64,000 nt of DNA from Bdellovibrionales bacterium (GCA_965262715.1 OZ253553.1:320001-384000), one strand, 5' to 3'; positions 49,498-61,295 are shown, counted from the first letter of the stretch. Notes: generated from the letters alone by a model not told the origin. Numbers and translations are program-made.

Positions 49498-50538
49498 ATG
49501 TTGATGATAAGAGGTTTTGTAAGATTGTGCATGTTGCTTTGTTGTTGGATTCCTCAAGTTGTTTTAGCCAATCGAGCTCTTGTTGATGCTGTTTTAAGAG
49601 AGGATATATTAGAGGTGCAGGTATTACTTGAGAGTGGTATAGATACTAATTCTTTAAGTGATGATGGTCACCTTGCATTAGTAGTAGCAGCCGGCCTTGG
49701 TGATATAAAAGGAGTGAGATTATTATTAGATTATGATGCTGACCCTGATAAGACAAATCGTTATGGGGATTCGGCCTTAATGGTAGCAACAGATGGTGCT
49801 CACACAGAAGTCATGAGATTGTTATTGAGTATGAATGTCGATATCGATTACAAGAAAGAAAATGGGCATACAGCTTTAATATCAGCGGTTATCCATAATC
49901 AAATAGAGGCTGTAGACGTTTTGTTAGATGCAGGCGCAGATCATAGTGAGAGAGATCTTCTTGGCATTACCTCTTTGATGTTGGCGGCTTCTTCTAGATT
50001 TGTACCAATGATGGAGTTATTGTTAAAATATGGAAGTGATCCTAATTCTCAAAGTAAGTTTGGCCATACAGGTCTTCTGTTTGCTGTTTATAGAGGCGAT
50101 GTAAAAGCTATGTTTTTATTATTAGCACATGGAGCTAATCCTTCTATTGCAAATGCCCATGGTGAAACACCTCTATTTTTAGCTGTTAGAGGAGGTCGGA
50201 TAGAAGCAGTCAAATTATTGTTGAGTTTTGGAACTGAGGTTAAATCTGTAAATAAGGATGATCAAACACCTTTGATATTGGCTGCTGAAAGAGGTTATTT
50301 TGATATAGCAGAAGATCTATTAGAAGCAGGAGCCGATCTTGAGGCTATAGATCGGTATGAATACAATGCCTTAATGTCGGCAGCCATTAATGGTGATATA
50401 AAAATGGTCAGATTGTTATTAGATCATGGTGCTAATCCCAGTTATGCTAACTCACGTGGTTATACAGCTTGGAGAGTTGCCAACTCCAACGGTCATAAGA
50501 AGGTAGCTGATTTAATTCAAGAGAGGATAGATCAATAA
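49498..50538 (+). CDS. Secreted ankyrin-repeat protein (~9-10 repeats)
   Basis: Signal peptide; repeated G.TAL..A...G....V.LLL..GA. Confidence 0.95.
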   Translation: MLMIRGFVRLCMLLCCWIPQVVLANRALVDAVLREDILEVQVLLESGIDTNSLSDDGHLALVVAAGLGDIKGVRLLLDYDADPDKTNRYGDSALMVATDGAHTEVMRLLLSMNVDIDYKKENGHTALISAVIHNQIEAVDVLLDAGADHSERDLLGITSLMLAASSRFVPMMELLLKYGSDPNSQSKFGHTGLLFAVYRGDVKAMFLLLAHGANPSIANAHGETPLFLAVRGGRIEAVKLLLSFGTEVKSVNKDDQTPLILAAERGYFDIAEDLLEAGADLEAIDRYEYNALMSAAINGDIKMVRLLLDHGANPSYANSRGYTAWRVANSNGHKKVADLIQERIDQ

Positions 50539-50584
50539 GATTCTTTATTGACTTTGAGTGTGTGGAGATGATTTATGATTGTAG

Positions 50585-51250
50585 GTGAATAGAACAACTC
50601 ATAAATCATTTAATTCTATGCTGCAAAAACAAATCATTGATTGCTTAAAAGCGAAAGATACAGATAGGGATCAGGCTTGGCAAGAACAATTTTTAAAGCT
50701 TTTTCCATCTAGTCATGTTACAATTTTATCTTCTGAACCTCAGCAAGGGCCTGATGGTATGCCTTATTTTTTAGTACAAGTAGAGGAAAGCTCCAAAGAA
50801 CCTCTTAATAAGTTGCTGCATTGGCTTTCTCAAAAAGGTATTGGATTGGTGGTACATCCTGAAAAGGAATATCCTGATTACATATTTACCTATGGCATGA
50901 TTTGGTATTTTAAAGAAACTCGTTTCTTTTTAAATCCTCATAAAAAGAATCTTCAAACTTCTCAAAGCGCAAAAGTTGTTGTTGGTCAGCCCAACAAGGA
51001 GTTTTTGCCTTTATATGTCCGATTGATATTAAAGCAATTTTTTTTGGATCAAGGTATTTACAAGCCTCAATTGGCTATGATTGGTATTGATAAGTACAAC
51101 ATGGACATTTGTTTTTGTCTGGAATCATTAGGCAGTCCTCCTGTTTCTGAGCATGAGGATCTATTAAAAGCTATTTCTTGGTTTTTACCTCAACATTATT
51201 CTATTGCTATCTCTCAAAAAGATATAAAACTGCCATTTCAACCACTTTAA
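50585..51250 (+). CDS. Hypothetical protein
   Basis: 221-aa ORF with GPDGMPY, PDYIFTYG and WFLP motifs; function unknown. Confidence 0.75.
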   Translation: MNRTTHKSFNSMLQKQIIDCLKAKDTDRDQAWQEQFLKLFPSSHVTILSSEPQQGPDGMPYFLVQVEESSKEPLNKLLHWLSQKGIGLVVHPEKEYPDYIFTYGMIWYFKETRFFLNPHKKNLQTSQSAKVVVGQPNKEFLPLYVRLILKQFFLDQGIYKPQLAMIGIDKYNMDICFCLESLGSPPVSEHEDLLKAISWFLPQHYSIAISQKDIKLPFQPL

Positions 51251-51504
51251 GTCTTTTTTTATTTATTGGTTCATTATAAGTGGCTTTCTTTATAAGCATT
51301 TAAAAATACTATGGATTTATCTGATTTCTTTTCTTGTTGCATTTATAAAGATATATTTTTTTAAATTTATGGATATCTTTTCTTGTTCTTTTGGAGTTTT
51401 TATAGCAAAAGGGTATGCAAACTTAAAAAATATGGGATTAAAACTCAAAGAAATTATATTTACTTATTTTGTTATTGAGACATAAAGTAAATGGGAAGTC
51501 ATCA

Positions 51505-52359
51505 ATGACTTTTATGACAAGAGAGCAAAAGCAATACTTATTTAAGCTACTCTGCATATTTTCAACTGTGATGGTGATATTCATCTTATTTGTATTGCTT
51601 TTTAATATTTTTTTAGATGGTAAAGATTGGCTTAGCTTAAAGTTTTTAACAAGTTTCCCTTCGAGAAAGGTACATCTTGCAGGAATCAAGTCTGCACTTT
51701 ATGGCAGTTTTTGGATTATCGGTCTTACAAGCATTATTTCTGTTGTTCTCGGAGTATCTACGGCCTTGTTTTTAGAGGAGTATGCGCCTAAGAACTCGAA
51801 GCTTGTATATCTTTTACAAGTCAATATTGCTAATTTATCAGGCATGCCTTCTATTATCTATGGTCTTTTAGGTTTGGCCATTTTTGTAAGATTTTTAGGA
51901 TTAGGTCAAAGTGTTTTATCTGGGGCTCTCACTTTAAGTTTACTGGTGATGCCTATTATTATTATTTCTTCTCAGGGGGCTATTCGTTCTGTTCCTCAAT
52001 CTATTAGAGATGCAGCTTTTGCTTTAGGGACTCATAAGTGGCAAGTCGTGTGTTTTCAAGTCTTGCCTGCGGCTCTTCCTGGCATTCTTACGGGTATTAT
52101 TTTATCAACCTCTCGTGGGATAGGGGAATCAGCTCCTCTTATTATGATAGGAGCTCTTAGTTTTGTGGCTTTTACTCCTGAAGGTATTATGGATTCCTTT
52201 ACTGTGCTGCCTGTACAAATTTTTAATTGGGCATCTAGACCTCAGGAGGATTTTCATTCTCTTGCAGCAGCAGGGATTATTGTGTTATTAAGCTTGCTAT
52301 TGTCTTTAAACTTGTTAGCTATTTTGATTAGAAACTATAGTCGTAGAAGGTATAAATGA
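51505..52359 (+). CDS. pstA: Phosphate ABC transporter permease PstA
   Basis: [32 protein letters not shown]. Confidence 0.96.
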   Translation: MTFMTREQKQYLFKLLCIFSTVMVIFILFVLLFNIFLDGKDWLSLKFLTSFPSRKVHLAGIKSALYGSFWIIGLTSIISVVLGVSTALFLEEYAPKNSKLVYLLQVNIANLSGMPSIIYGLLGLAIFVRFLGLGQSVLSGALTLSLLVMPIIIISSQGAIRSVPQSIRDAAFALGTHKWQVVCFQVLPAALPGILTGIILSTSRGIGESAPLIMIGALSFVAFTPEGIMDSFTVLPVQIFNWASRPQEDFHSLAAAGIIVLLSLLLSLNLLAILIRNYSRRRYK

Positions 52360-53141
52360 TGGATCAATTAAAGATGAATGGGCTTAATGGACAAGATGTT
52401 GTTATTAAGACAACAGATCTGACTATTTCTTATGGAGAAAATACTGCTATAAAGAATGTCTCTTTGGATATTATTAAATCGAAGGTATCTGCTATTATTG
52501 GGCCTTCTGGTTGTGGCAAGAGTACAATTTTAAGGTCATTTAATAAAATGAATGATTTTATTGAAACCCTTATTCAATCAGGATCTATTTTTATTGGATC
52601 AAAAAATATCTTAAGTGAAAAAGTGAATGTGGTAGAATTGAGAAGAAAAGTGGGTATGGTTTTTCAAAGCCCTAATCCTTTTCCTAAATCTATTATGAAA
52701 AACGTACTTTGGGCTCCAAAAGTCAATGGGTTAGAATTTGATGGAGATGAATTACTTGAAAGTTCATTAAGAAAAGCTGCTTTGTGGGATGAGGTGAAGG
52801 ACCGTCTTAACAGCTCTGCTCTCACACTATCTGGAGGTCAACAGCAAAGGCTGTGTATTGCTAGAACTATTGCTATGAACCCTGAAATTATCTTGATGGA
52901 TGAACCTTGTTCTAGTTTAGATCCTAGGTCCACTTCTAAGATTGAGGAACTTATTTTAGAGCTTTCAAAAGTTTATACGATTGTGATTGTTACACATAAT
53001 ATGCAGCAAGCTTCTCGCATTTCTGATTTCACACATTTTTTCTATGAAGGTCGTTTGATTGAATCCGGAAAGACAGCCCGAATTTTTACAAACCCTAAAG
53101 AGAAGAGAACAGAAGATTACATTACTGGTAAATTTGGCTAG
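52356..53141 (+). CDS. pstB: Phosphate ABC transporter ATPase PstB
   Basis: [40 protein letters not shown]. Confidence 0.98.
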   Translation: MMDQLKMNGLNGQDVVIKTTDLTISYGENTAIKNVSLDIIKSKVSAIIGPSGCGKSTILRSFNKMNDFIETLIQSGSIFIGSKNILSEKVNVVELRRKVGMVFQSPNPFPKSIMKNVLWAPKVNGLEFDGDELLESSLRKAALWDEVKDRLNSSALTLSGGQQQRLCIARTIAMNPEIILMDEPCSSLDPRSTSKIEELILELSKVYTIVIVTHNMQQASRISDFTHFFYEGRLIESGKTARIFTNPKEKRTEDYITGKFG

Positions 53142-53523
53142 AGGTTGTTGCTATTTCGAGGCAAGGTATTGCAATTCCAAGCTATATCTTATTAACTTTA
53201 TTTTAATCTGGTAGTCAGGCAATTAAAAAAACAGGCAAGTTGTATCTGTTATCAGTAACTTTAAACTTTCGCACCTATAAGATTTTCTTTAAATGGAATA
53301 AATGGATGCTTATTGTATGATTCAATAAGGTTCTTCTTTTAGTGCTTTTTATTACTTTTTGACAGCTAAAGCTTGTTTTTAGCACTTGCATAATAAGATC
53401 ATCTTCTATTTATTGGCACTTCACATAATAATGTCGTTTTTAACTTTATTTTATGATATATGAGGGTTGGTTTTGCAAAGGATATCTTGTTTTCAGTTGA
53501 TATGACATGGGTTTGATAAAGAT

Positions 53524-54042
53524 ATGAAATATCAAAAGAGCTTAAATCAGATTTTAGAAATTATATTTGTTCTTTTAATGGTCATTATAACTTTTATGGC
53601 TGAAGTTTCTATTGCAAAGTATAATCTAGTAGAAGCAATGTTAGATGGTGACTTAGAAGCTGTTCGTGCTTTTATCGGAAATGAAGAAACAGATGTTAAT
53701 ATGCCAATAAGTTCTTATGGTATAACTATACTTATGGAAACTGCTTATCGTGAGCATACAGAAGCTGTTAAGTTTCTTATAAGGAGAGCTGATATAGGTA
53801 TAGATTTGCAAGATGAGATGGGTATAACAGCCTTAATGAGAGCCGTTTTTAAAGATAATAAAGAGATAGTAAGAATTCTTGTCGATGCAGGAGCAGATGT
53901 GCACATACCAGATCGAAATAATTTTTCAGCTTTAGATTATGCAGCTGTGAGAGGCAACACAGAAATTATGGAAATTCTTTTAAGTAAAACAAAAGGCAAG
54001 GGTTACTGTTTAGATGCGCTTTTATCAAAAAAAATACATTAA
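53524..54042 (+). CDS. Secreted ankyrin-repeat protein
   Basis: Signal peptide; GITALMRA, SALDYAA repeats. Confidence 0.9.
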   Translation: MKYQKSLNQILEIIFVLLMVIITFMAEVSIAKYNLVEAMLDGDLEAVRAFIGNEETDVNMPISSYGITILMETAYREHTEAVKFLIRRADIGIDLQDEMGITALMRAVFKDNKEIVRILVDAGADVHIPDRNNFSALDYAAVRGNTEIMEILLSKTKGKGYCLDALLSKKIH

Positions 54043-54084
54043 AGCTGGCTATACAATCTTTTATTTTGCTTTCTTCAAATCACT

Positions 54085-54720
54085 TTATAAAATAGAAACA
54101 AAACTATTATTTTTAATATAAAACCTAAGAGGCCAAAAAGCTGCCTCTCCAGAGTTTTGAATGCCTATACGATTCGTCTTGCAAACTTGCTGAGGTGAAA
54201 TAGGCTTGGCATCTAAAACATAAATAGAAGGGTAAGGTCTTTTTTGTGTGAGGTCCCATTTATTATGATTTAAATTAAAACCAAAAGCTTGACAAAGTTT
54301 TCCTGGTCCTGAAGTTAGATAAGAGATGTCTTGATTTTTAAAAACTCTTTTGGAAGGACGATTTTTCTTCATATAGGATAATCCTTCTAAAGGTTCAACA
54401 GCTCTTATCAAAACAGCCTCAGGTGTTTTGATACCCTCTGTTATAAAGTTCATACAGTGATACATACCATAAATAAAATAAACATAAGTGTGGCCAGCAT
54501 CTTGATAGAGATTTAAATTTCTAGGAGTTTTTTTGCCTCCAAAAGAATGACATGCTGGATCATTTAAGCCTAAATAGGCCTCTGTCTCTACAATAATGCC
54601 AGACAAATAATGTCCTGACTCATTTTGGTAAACTAAGGTCTTACCTAAAAGTTTAAGAGCTACAACCTTAGCAGATCTTTGATAAAAGCTTTTTGTTAAG
54701 ATTTTATTTGATGAACTCAT
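54085..54720 (-). CDS. mpg: DNA-3-methyladenine glycosylase (MPG/AAG family)
   Basis: IVETEAYLG..DPACHS, YVYFIYGMY, AVLIRAVEP, GPGKLCQA, RIGI. Confidence 0.93.
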   Translation of the reverse strand: MSSSNKILTKSFYQRSAKVVALKLLGKTLVYQNESGHYLSGIIVETEAYLGLNDPACHSFGGKKTPRNLNLYQDAGHTYVYFIYGMYHCMNFITEGIKTPEAVLIRAVEPLEGLSYMKKNRPSKRVFKNQDISYLTSGPGKLCQAFGFNLNHNKWDLTQKRPYPSIYVLDAKPISPQQVCKTNRIGIQNSGEAAFWPLRFYIKNNSFVSIL

Positions 54721-54876
54721 AAAATATATAAATATTTCAAAACAGGGGCCTTGACAATATAAAATATGCACACACCTTTAAAATAGAAGTAATGATTTAA
54801 TAAGATAGCTGGTTTTAAGGCTCATATTTGCAAGATAAATGATTAACAAGACAGGTAAAATTAAGGAGGTGTTATT

Positions 54877-55320
54877 ATGTTATCCAAAGATCTTTCAAAA
54901 CGTAATTATTTTTTAAAGGAAGGGGTTTCACCTTTATCATTGATTGACTCTTTTTTTAAGGAGGCTAGTAAAGATTATTTTTCACCTTTAAATAATGAAG
55001 GATTTTTTCCAAAAGTTAATGTTGTAGAAGTAGACAAGGATTATCAGATACAAGCTGAGCTACCTGGTATGACTGAAAAAGATTTTGAAGTTTCTATAGA
55101 AGATGGTATTTTAGAGCTTTCAGGAGAAAAAAAGGAAGCTCATCAAGATGAGGGTTCTTGTTATAGTATTCAAGAGGTATATACTGGAAAGTTCCAAAGA
55201 CAATTTCATCTTCCAAAAGGTGTTAATAGCAAAGGCATTAAGGCTCAATTTGAAAATGGTCTGCTCTCACTTAGAATTCCAAAAGCTTTAAGTGCTAAAA
55301 CAAAAGTTCAGATCAATTAA
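54877..55320 (+). CDS. Small heat-shock protein (Hsp20)
   Basis: AELPG, GILELSGEK, GKFQRQFHLP, AQFENGLL. Confidence 0.95.
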   Translation: MLSKDLSKRNYFLKEGVSPLSLIDSFFKEASKDYFSPLNNEGFFPKVNVVEVDKDYQIQAELPGMTEKDFEVSIEDGILELSGEKKEAHQDEGSCYSIQEVYTGKFQRQFHLPKGVNSKGIKAQFENGLLSLRIPKALSAKTKVQIN

Positions 55321-55335
55321 AGTTTATTCCCTCTT

Positions 55336-55373
55336 AACACCTATACTCTTTAAAATGTATAGGTGTTTATTTT
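55336..55373 (+). terminator. Hairpin between hsp20 and clpB (terminator or mRNA stabiliser)
   Basis: AACACCTATAC...GTATAGGTGTT followed by a T-rich tract. Confidence 0.55.
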
Positions 55374-55474
55374 TAGAGATTGTTGTTTGGATTAGAATAT
55401 CTTATTTTAGATTGTCAAAGTGTCTAACTTTCTGATTTCTAAGATTTTAAAAATTGTGTTTAGAGGTGACAGGA

Positions 55475-57673
55475 ATGAATTACAATAATGTACAAGATCA
55501 AAATATATCTCAGCCAAATATCACAAAATATGGAAGGGATTTAGTTGAGATTGCAAAAAGTGGTCACCTTGACCCTGTGATTGGAAGGAACTTTGAAATA
55601 AGAAGAGTGATTCGTATTTTATCTCGTAAGACAAAAAACAATCCTGTTCTTATAGGGGAAGCCGGAGTTGGCAAGACAGCTATTGCAGAGGGACTTGCTC
55701 AAAGAATAGTTAAAGGAGATGTTCCAGATGCCCTTAAAAACAAAACCATTTTTGCATTAGATATAGCCTCTTTAGTGGCAGGCGCTAAATTTTTAGGTGA
55801 GTTTGAAGAGCGTTTAAAGTCAGTGTTATCTGAGGTTAAAAAATCTGACGGGCGCATTTTACTTTTTATTGATGAACTTCACACCATTGTAGGGGCAGGT
55901 AAAACAGAAGGGGCTATGGATGCAGGGCAAATTTTAAAGCCACTGCTTGCAAGGGGTGAGCTTCACTGTATTGGAGCAACCACTTTAGATGAATACAGGC
56001 AATATATAGAGAAAGACATGGCTTTAGAAAGACGTTTTCAACCTGTTTTTGTAAATCCCCCTTCTGTGGATGATACTATTTCTATTTTAAGAGGTTTAAG
56101 GGAACGTTTCGAGGTTTATCATGGGGTGCGTATACATGATGCTGCTTTAGTGTCAGCAGCTGTTTTATCAGACAGATATATCAATGATCGTTTCTTGCCA
56201 GATAAGGCTATTGATCTTGTGGATGAGGCTTGTGCTACAATTCGTACAGAATTAGATTCTATGCCTGCAGAATTAGATCAAGTCACTCGCAGGGTTTTGC
56301 AATTAGAGATTGAAGAGACTGCATTAAAAAAGGAGACCGATGCTTCAAGTCAAGAGAGGTTAAAATTAGTTAAACAGGAGCTTGAAAAATTAAAAAAATC
56401 TTCAAATGAGATGAAAAAACAATGGGAAAAAGAGAAAGCTTCTGTTCAGAGTGTCAGAAAGCTGAGAAAAGAGATTGAATCTGTAAGACGTGATATTGAA
56501 AGATATGAAAGGCAGTACAATCTTGAAAAAGTTGCAGAATTAAAACTTGGAAAATTACCAGAGTTAGAAAAAACATTAAAAAAAGAAGAAGCGCAAATAG
56601 AAAAAAATGCAGAATCAAATAAGCTTTTGTCTGAAGCTGTCACTGAAAAAGAAATACACGATATTATTTCTAATTGGACAGGCATTCCACTTTCTAAGCT
56701 TTTAAAAGGAGAAAAGGAAAAACTATTGCATCTTACTGATGAACTTCACAAGCGTGTGATTGGGCAGAATGAAGCTGTTAAGTATGTCTGTGATAGTATA
56801 ATGCGAGCAAGAGCGGGTATTAAAGATCCTCAGAGGCCTATTGGCTCTTTTTTGTTTTTGGGACCAACAGGAGTTGGCAAAACAGAACTAGCCAAGGCTT
56901 TAGCAGAAGCTCTTTTTGATACAGAAAATAATATCATTAGAATAGATATGAGTGAATATATGGAAAAGCATGCTGTCAGTCGTTTGATAGGAGCCCCTCC
57001 TGGATATGTTGGGTTTGAAGATGGTGGTTACCTTACAGAAGCTGTAAGGCGTAGGCCCTACTCTGTGATTCTATTAGATGAAGTAGAAAAGGCACATCCT
57101 GAAGTCTCTCATATTTTACTGCAAATTTTAGATGATGGTCGTTTGACAGACTCAAAAGGACGTACAGTTGATTTTAAAAATACAGTTTTGATTATGACAT
57201 CTAATGCAGGTGCTTCACATATTCTGGAATCTTTAGAGGATAAAAAATTATCAAAAAATAAAAATTCTCCTTTTGTTACTCTTGAAGTAAAAAAGCTTGT
57301 ATTGAAAGAATTGCATCTTTTATTTCGTCCGGAGTTTTTAAATAGGGTTGATGAAATTGTGATGTTCTCTCCTCTTGATTCATCACAGCTTCTGCAAATA
57401 GTGGATATACAAGTTAAAAGGATCTGTGACCGCCTTAAATCGCGTAAGATTTCTATTACACTGACAGATAAGGCTAAAAAGTTCATTGTGGAGCAATCGT
57501 ATGATCCTATGTATGGGGCAAGGCCTGTTAAGAGGTTCTTACAAAGAAATCTTGAGACTTATTTAGCTCAAGCTGTCTTAGAAGGTCAGATTGTAGATGA
57601 GCAAGATGTTACTATTGATGTCAATTCAAAAGGTCAAATGTATCTAAAAATGGTCTCAAAAATACTAGATTGA
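55475..57673 (+). CDS. clpB: ATP-dependent disaggregase ClpB lacking the N-terminal domain
   Basis: [15 protein letters not shown], coiled-coil M domain, [33 protein letters not shown]. Confidence 0.93.
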   Translation: MNYNNVQDQNISQPNITKYGRDLVEIAKSGHLDPVIGRNFEIRRVIRILSRKTKNNPVLIGEAGVGKTAIAEGLAQRIVKGDVPDALKNKTIFALDIASLVAGAKFLGEFEERLKSVLSEVKKSDGRILLFIDELHTIVGAGKTEGAMDAGQILKPLLARGELHCIGATTLDEYRQYIEKDMALERRFQPVFVNPPSVDDTISILRGLRERFEVYHGVRIHDAALVSAAVLSDRYINDRFLPDKAIDLVDEACATIRTELDSMPAELDQVTRRVLQLEIEETALKKETDASSQERLKLVKQELEKLKKSSNEMKKQWEKEKASVQSVRKLRKEIESVRRDIERYERQYNLEKVAELKLGKLPELEKTLKKEEAQIEKNAESNKLLSEAVTEKEIHDIISNWTGIPLSKLLKGEKEKLLHLTDELHKRVIGQNEAVKYVCDSIMRARAGIKDPQRPIGSFLFLGPTGVGKTELAKALAEALFDTENNIIRIDMSEYMEKHAVSRLIGAPPGYVGFEDGGYLTEAVRRRPYSVILLDEVEKAHPEVSHILLQILDDGRLTDSKGRTVDFKNTVLIMTSNAGASHILESLEDKKLSKNKNSPFVTLEVKKLVLKELHLLFRPEFLNRVDEIVMFSPLDSSQLLQIVDIQVKRICDRLKSRKISITLTDKAKKFIVEQSYDPMYGARPVKRFLQRNLETYLAQAVLEGQIVDEQDVTIDVNSKGQMYLKMVSKILD

Positions 57674-57933
57674 ACTTACCTTAATGTAATGATCTAGAGT
57701 TATGGCAGGCTTCTTTCATAAGCAAGTAGGCAACCCCCATGCCTTGTATTGCTGTTACTTTGTGATTTTCTTATGGAATAAAACATTTTATAAAAGTTTT
57801 GTCTCCTAAGGCATTGGCCTAGTCCTATTCCAGAAGCCTGCCATAAATCTCTAGCACACAAACTAAAGTTGATCTTTATGCAACAAGCCCTCTCAATATT
57901 GCAAAATGCAAAGCTTATTTTTGAGACCACTTC
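57647..57933. mobile_element. MITE family W containing an IS903-like end and module Z
   Basis: TGGTCTCAAAAATA ... TATTTTTGAGACCACTTC|TA; IS903-like TIR GATCTTTATGCAACAAGCCC at 57871-57890. Confidence 0.7.
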
Positions 57934-58049
57934 TAAGTAAAATGACCTGTTTCTGTCTTTGATATGAAATGGCATGCTATATTTAAGTTTGATGATATAT
58001 CAGGGGTTATGATTTTTTGAAAATAAAATATTAAAAAGCCCTAGGTTTG

Positions 58050-58502
58050 TTATTTCCTTCTCTCAAAAGCTTGTTTTGCTTCTTCACTGGCTTTTACAAG
58101 AGAAAGATCAGAGAATATTATTACTAATTCTTTTCCATCGAGAAATTCTATATAAAATTCTACTATGCCATCAGGTTGAAGATTAGTGGTTATAATTTTG
58201 GCATAAATTATATCACCTTCTCTTGATGGAAAAGAAATGTACTCTGCAAAATAAGGGGTATCAGGATGTGCGTCTACAGCTTGTTCAGTATTAGTAGATG
58301 GTGTTGAGGAGTCATCTCTAGGGAAACTTAAAATGGACCCAAATACATCAACTATAACTCCGTTCGTAAGGTTTTCCTCTAAAGTCATAAGTTCAACTAC
58401 ACAATTAATCGCAGGATCTATTGACCAGCTATAAGATGAGGAAGATAGGGTCAGGAACATAAAGAGACTTAAAGTCATGGTATTTTTTATTCTTTTTTTC
58501 AT
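58050..58502 (-). CDS. Secreted hypothetical protein
   Basis: AGGAG RBS, signal peptide, 150 aa. Confidence 0.75.
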   Translation of the reverse strand: MKKRIKNTMTLSLFMFLTLSSSSYSWSIDPAINCVVELMTLEENLTNGVIVDVFGSILSFPRDDSSTPSTNTEQAVDAHPDTPYFAEYISFPSREGDIIYAKIITTNLQPDGIVEFYIEFLDGKELVIIFSDLSLVKASEEAKQAFERRK

Positions 58503-58599
58503 ATATCACTCCTAGTTTCAAATCAAAATAAGTATTTACCTACTTTTTTCAACTTTACTTCTTTAATTTTAAATAGACAAAGGGCCTTCTTTATTATTG

Positions 58600-58913
58600 G
58601 GTGGATTCAAGTTGCAAGTGCAACTCCTTGCATAGTTATTTAAAGCGGGTTAGAGGAATACTCTAATCAATCTCTTTAAATAATGAAAGGAGTATTCCAT
58701 GAGCAATTACACTCATCTAACCCAACATGAGAGATACCAGATTTTAGCTTTTTTGCAAAGTGGAAAATCAATAAGTTCAATTGCTACTCAGGTAGGTCGA
58801 GATAAAAGCACCATATATAGGGAATTGAATCGTAACAAAGGCTTGCGAGGTTATCGTCCTCAACAAGCCCATGAAAAAGCGGTTTATCGTCTTCAAAACT
58901 CTCATAGACATAT
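58600..58913 (+). mobile_element. IS30 5' fragment (left end plus truncated transposase)
   Basis: Left TIR at 58600; ORF from 58699 matches the transposase until cut at 58913 by a second IS30. Confidence 0.92.
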
Positions 58914-60248
58914 GGTGGATTCAAGTCGTAAGTGCAACTCCTTGCATAGTTGTTTAAAGCGGGTTAGAGGAATACTCTAGTCCATACGCTTTAAACACAG
59001 AAAGGAGTATTCCATGAGCTACACTCATCTAACCCAACATGAGAGATACCAGATTTTAGCTTTTTGCAAAGTGGAAAATCAATAAGTTCAATTGCTACTC
59101 AGGTAGGTCGAGATAAAAGCACCATATATAGGGAATTGAATCGCAACAAAGGTTTGCGAGGTTATCGTCCTCAACAAGCCCATGAAAAAGCAGTCGATCG
59201 TCTTCAAAACTCTCATAGACATATAAAGATAACACAAAAAGTCATTAATAAGCTTGAGAGGTTTCTTCGTGATCGTTTGAGTCCGGAACAGATATCCGGT
59301 TTTCTTAAACGAAAAGGTTTGTCTATAAGTCATGAGAGTATTTATCAGCATATTCTTGGAGATAAGCAATCAGGAGGAGATCTCTACAAATTTTTAAGAT
59401 GTCAGAGGCAACGGAAGAAGCGATATGGTACAAGTAGATTTGATAAAAGGGGTCAGATAAAGAATAGAGTGAGCATTGATAAAAGGCCTAAGATAGTAGA
59501 TAAGAAGAGTCGGATAGGAGACTGGGAAGGTGATCTAATGATAGGTAGACATCATAAAGGAGCTTTAGTCACGCTGGTAGATAGATGTTCTAAGAAGACG
59601 AGGATTGTCAAAATAGAATCTAAGAGATATGAGGCAGTTTTTCATGCTATTTCTAAAGCTCTTAAAGGAGAGGTTGTTCATACAATGACTTTGGATAATG
59701 GTAAAGAGTTTTCGTGTCATGAGAAGATCAGTGAATATACTGGATGTAAAGTTTATTTTGCACATCCTTACAGTTCATATCAGAGAGGTTTAAATGAGAA
59801 CACGAATGGTTTAATCCGTCAGTATTTTCCAAAGAAGACAGATTTTAGAGAAATCGCCTCTAAGGATGTAAAAAAGGTTGAGTTTTTTTTAAACCATCGC
59901 CCTCGAAAGAGTTTAGGTTTTCTAACTCCTAATGAGTTTCATAGACAAAAGATGGTTTGCTGAAGTTATTCATAGTTTATCCATTTAATTTTACTTATAT
60001 ATAATAACTTCTGAAAATGCTTATTTGACAGCTTGATGTTTATGGCAAAGGATCGTTCTTCCGCAGAGCTTTAGCTCGAAGACTACGAGACTTTGCCATA
60101 AACATCAAAATACATTCATTCAAATTAAATAATTTACAATAATCTTTCATGATAATTAAAACTTTGTTGAAATATTAATCTTAAAATGATACAACTTTTA
60201 AAAATATCTATAAACATAAAAGAGTTGCACTTGTGATTTGAAGTTACG
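58914..60248 (+). mobile_element. IS30 full-length copy with frameshifted transposase
   Basis: Both TIRs present; ATG at 59014 runs out of frame at a T5 run (T6 in the 58699 copy); main frame 59064-59963. Confidence 0.92.
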
Positions 60249-60348
60249 AAATAATAAATAGAAGTTATCTCAAAAATAAGTTTTGTATTTTGCTTTTGCG
60301 AGTTAAAATAGTGATCTGGAAATCCGGCAAGTAAGTTGTCATGAACCA

Positions 60349-60593
60349 TCCTATATAACAGTTTTTAGTAAGTAAATCTTGATACTTATGGCAAAGGATC
60401 GTTCTTCCGCAGAGCTTTAGCTCGAGGACTACGAGACTTTGCCATAAATATCAAAATACACCATTCAAATAAAATAATTTACAATAATCTTTCATGATAA
60501 TTAAAACTTTGTTGGAATATTAATTCTAAAATGATACAACTTGTAAAAATATCTATAAACACAAAAGTGTTGCACTTGCGATTTGAAGTTACG
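60349..60593 (+). mobile_element. IS30 right-end fragment
   Basis: Matches 41262-41508 including the Y hairpin and right TIR; preceded by a W-MITE end (60260) and TAAGTTGTCATGAACC, the end of the 592-1134 MITE family. Confidence 0.88.
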
Positions 60594-60603
60594 CAATAAT
60601 AGT

Positions 60604-61215
60604 TTAAGGGGTTTTGTTTAATTGTTGCAGGCGTGTACGGGCTTTTCGAGCCTCTAGTGTTTTTGGCTGTTTATTAACAAGCTCTGTGTAAAAAGATTTA
60701 GCCTCTTGCTGAAGGTTGAGCTTCTCAAAAGAAAGCCCAATTTTAAAAGTAGCATCAGGCCAATGTTGACCATCTGGGTTTTTTGAACGGTACTTTTCAT
60801 AAGTTAAAATAGCATTTTGCCATTGCTCTTTACGAAAAAGATTTTCTGCTTCTAAATAATGTAAAGCTTTTGGAGATGTTTTTGTAGTGATAAAGATATT
60901 GTTTTCTAAAGTCTTGACTTTTTCAGACAATTTATTGATTTGAGTTTTTAATGAACGCACCTCTGTCAAAACCTCATCAGATGGAGATGTAGGCTCTTTT
61001 TGTTGTAACTGCTGCATTTGATGTTCAAGAGATTCCAGTCGCCCGTTAAAGTGTCTCATGCTGGTTTCTAGCTCAGTGATTTGCTCCTGAGCACTGCGTT
61101 TTTGAGATGGATTGGAGACTTCGTCACCAATTTGCTTTCTTGTTTTTAAGCCTGTACAACCAGACAAGACCAATGCAACAAAACTCAAAAAAATAAAATA
61201 AATAAAAGCCTTCAT
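60604..61215 (-). CDS. cpoB: Tol-Pal associated TPR lipoprotein (CpoB/YbgF-like)
   Basis: Lipobox LSGC, coiled coil, TPR (DATFKIGLSF...EAKSFYTELV); downstream of pal. Confidence 0.8.
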   Translation of the reverse strand: MKAFIYFIFLSFVALVLSGCTGLKTRKQIGDEVSNPSQKRSAQEQITELETSMRHFNGRLESLEHQMQQLQQKEPTSPSDEVLTEVRSLKTQINKLSEKVKTLENNIFITTKTSPKALHYLEAENLFRKEQWQNAILTYEKYRSKNPDGQHWPDATFKIGLSFEKLNLQQEAKSFYTELVNKQPKTLEARKARTRLQQLNKTP

Positions 61216-61295
61216 ATTCTCTCCATGGTTGTCTCTTCCAATTGCATCTTTATTTATTTACTTATGTATATACCACAGTCATATCAAAAAGAATA

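Noticed and set aside
53330..54876. CIRCE element for hsp20-clpB
   Set aside because: Only a half-site-like TTAGCACT near 53380, far from hsp20, with no GAGTGCTAA partner
3031..57486. Short antisense or overlapping ORFs (e.g. 3793, 7822, 10721, 21272, 22382, 56446, 57109)
   Set aside because: Shadow frames of well-supported genes with no independent motifs
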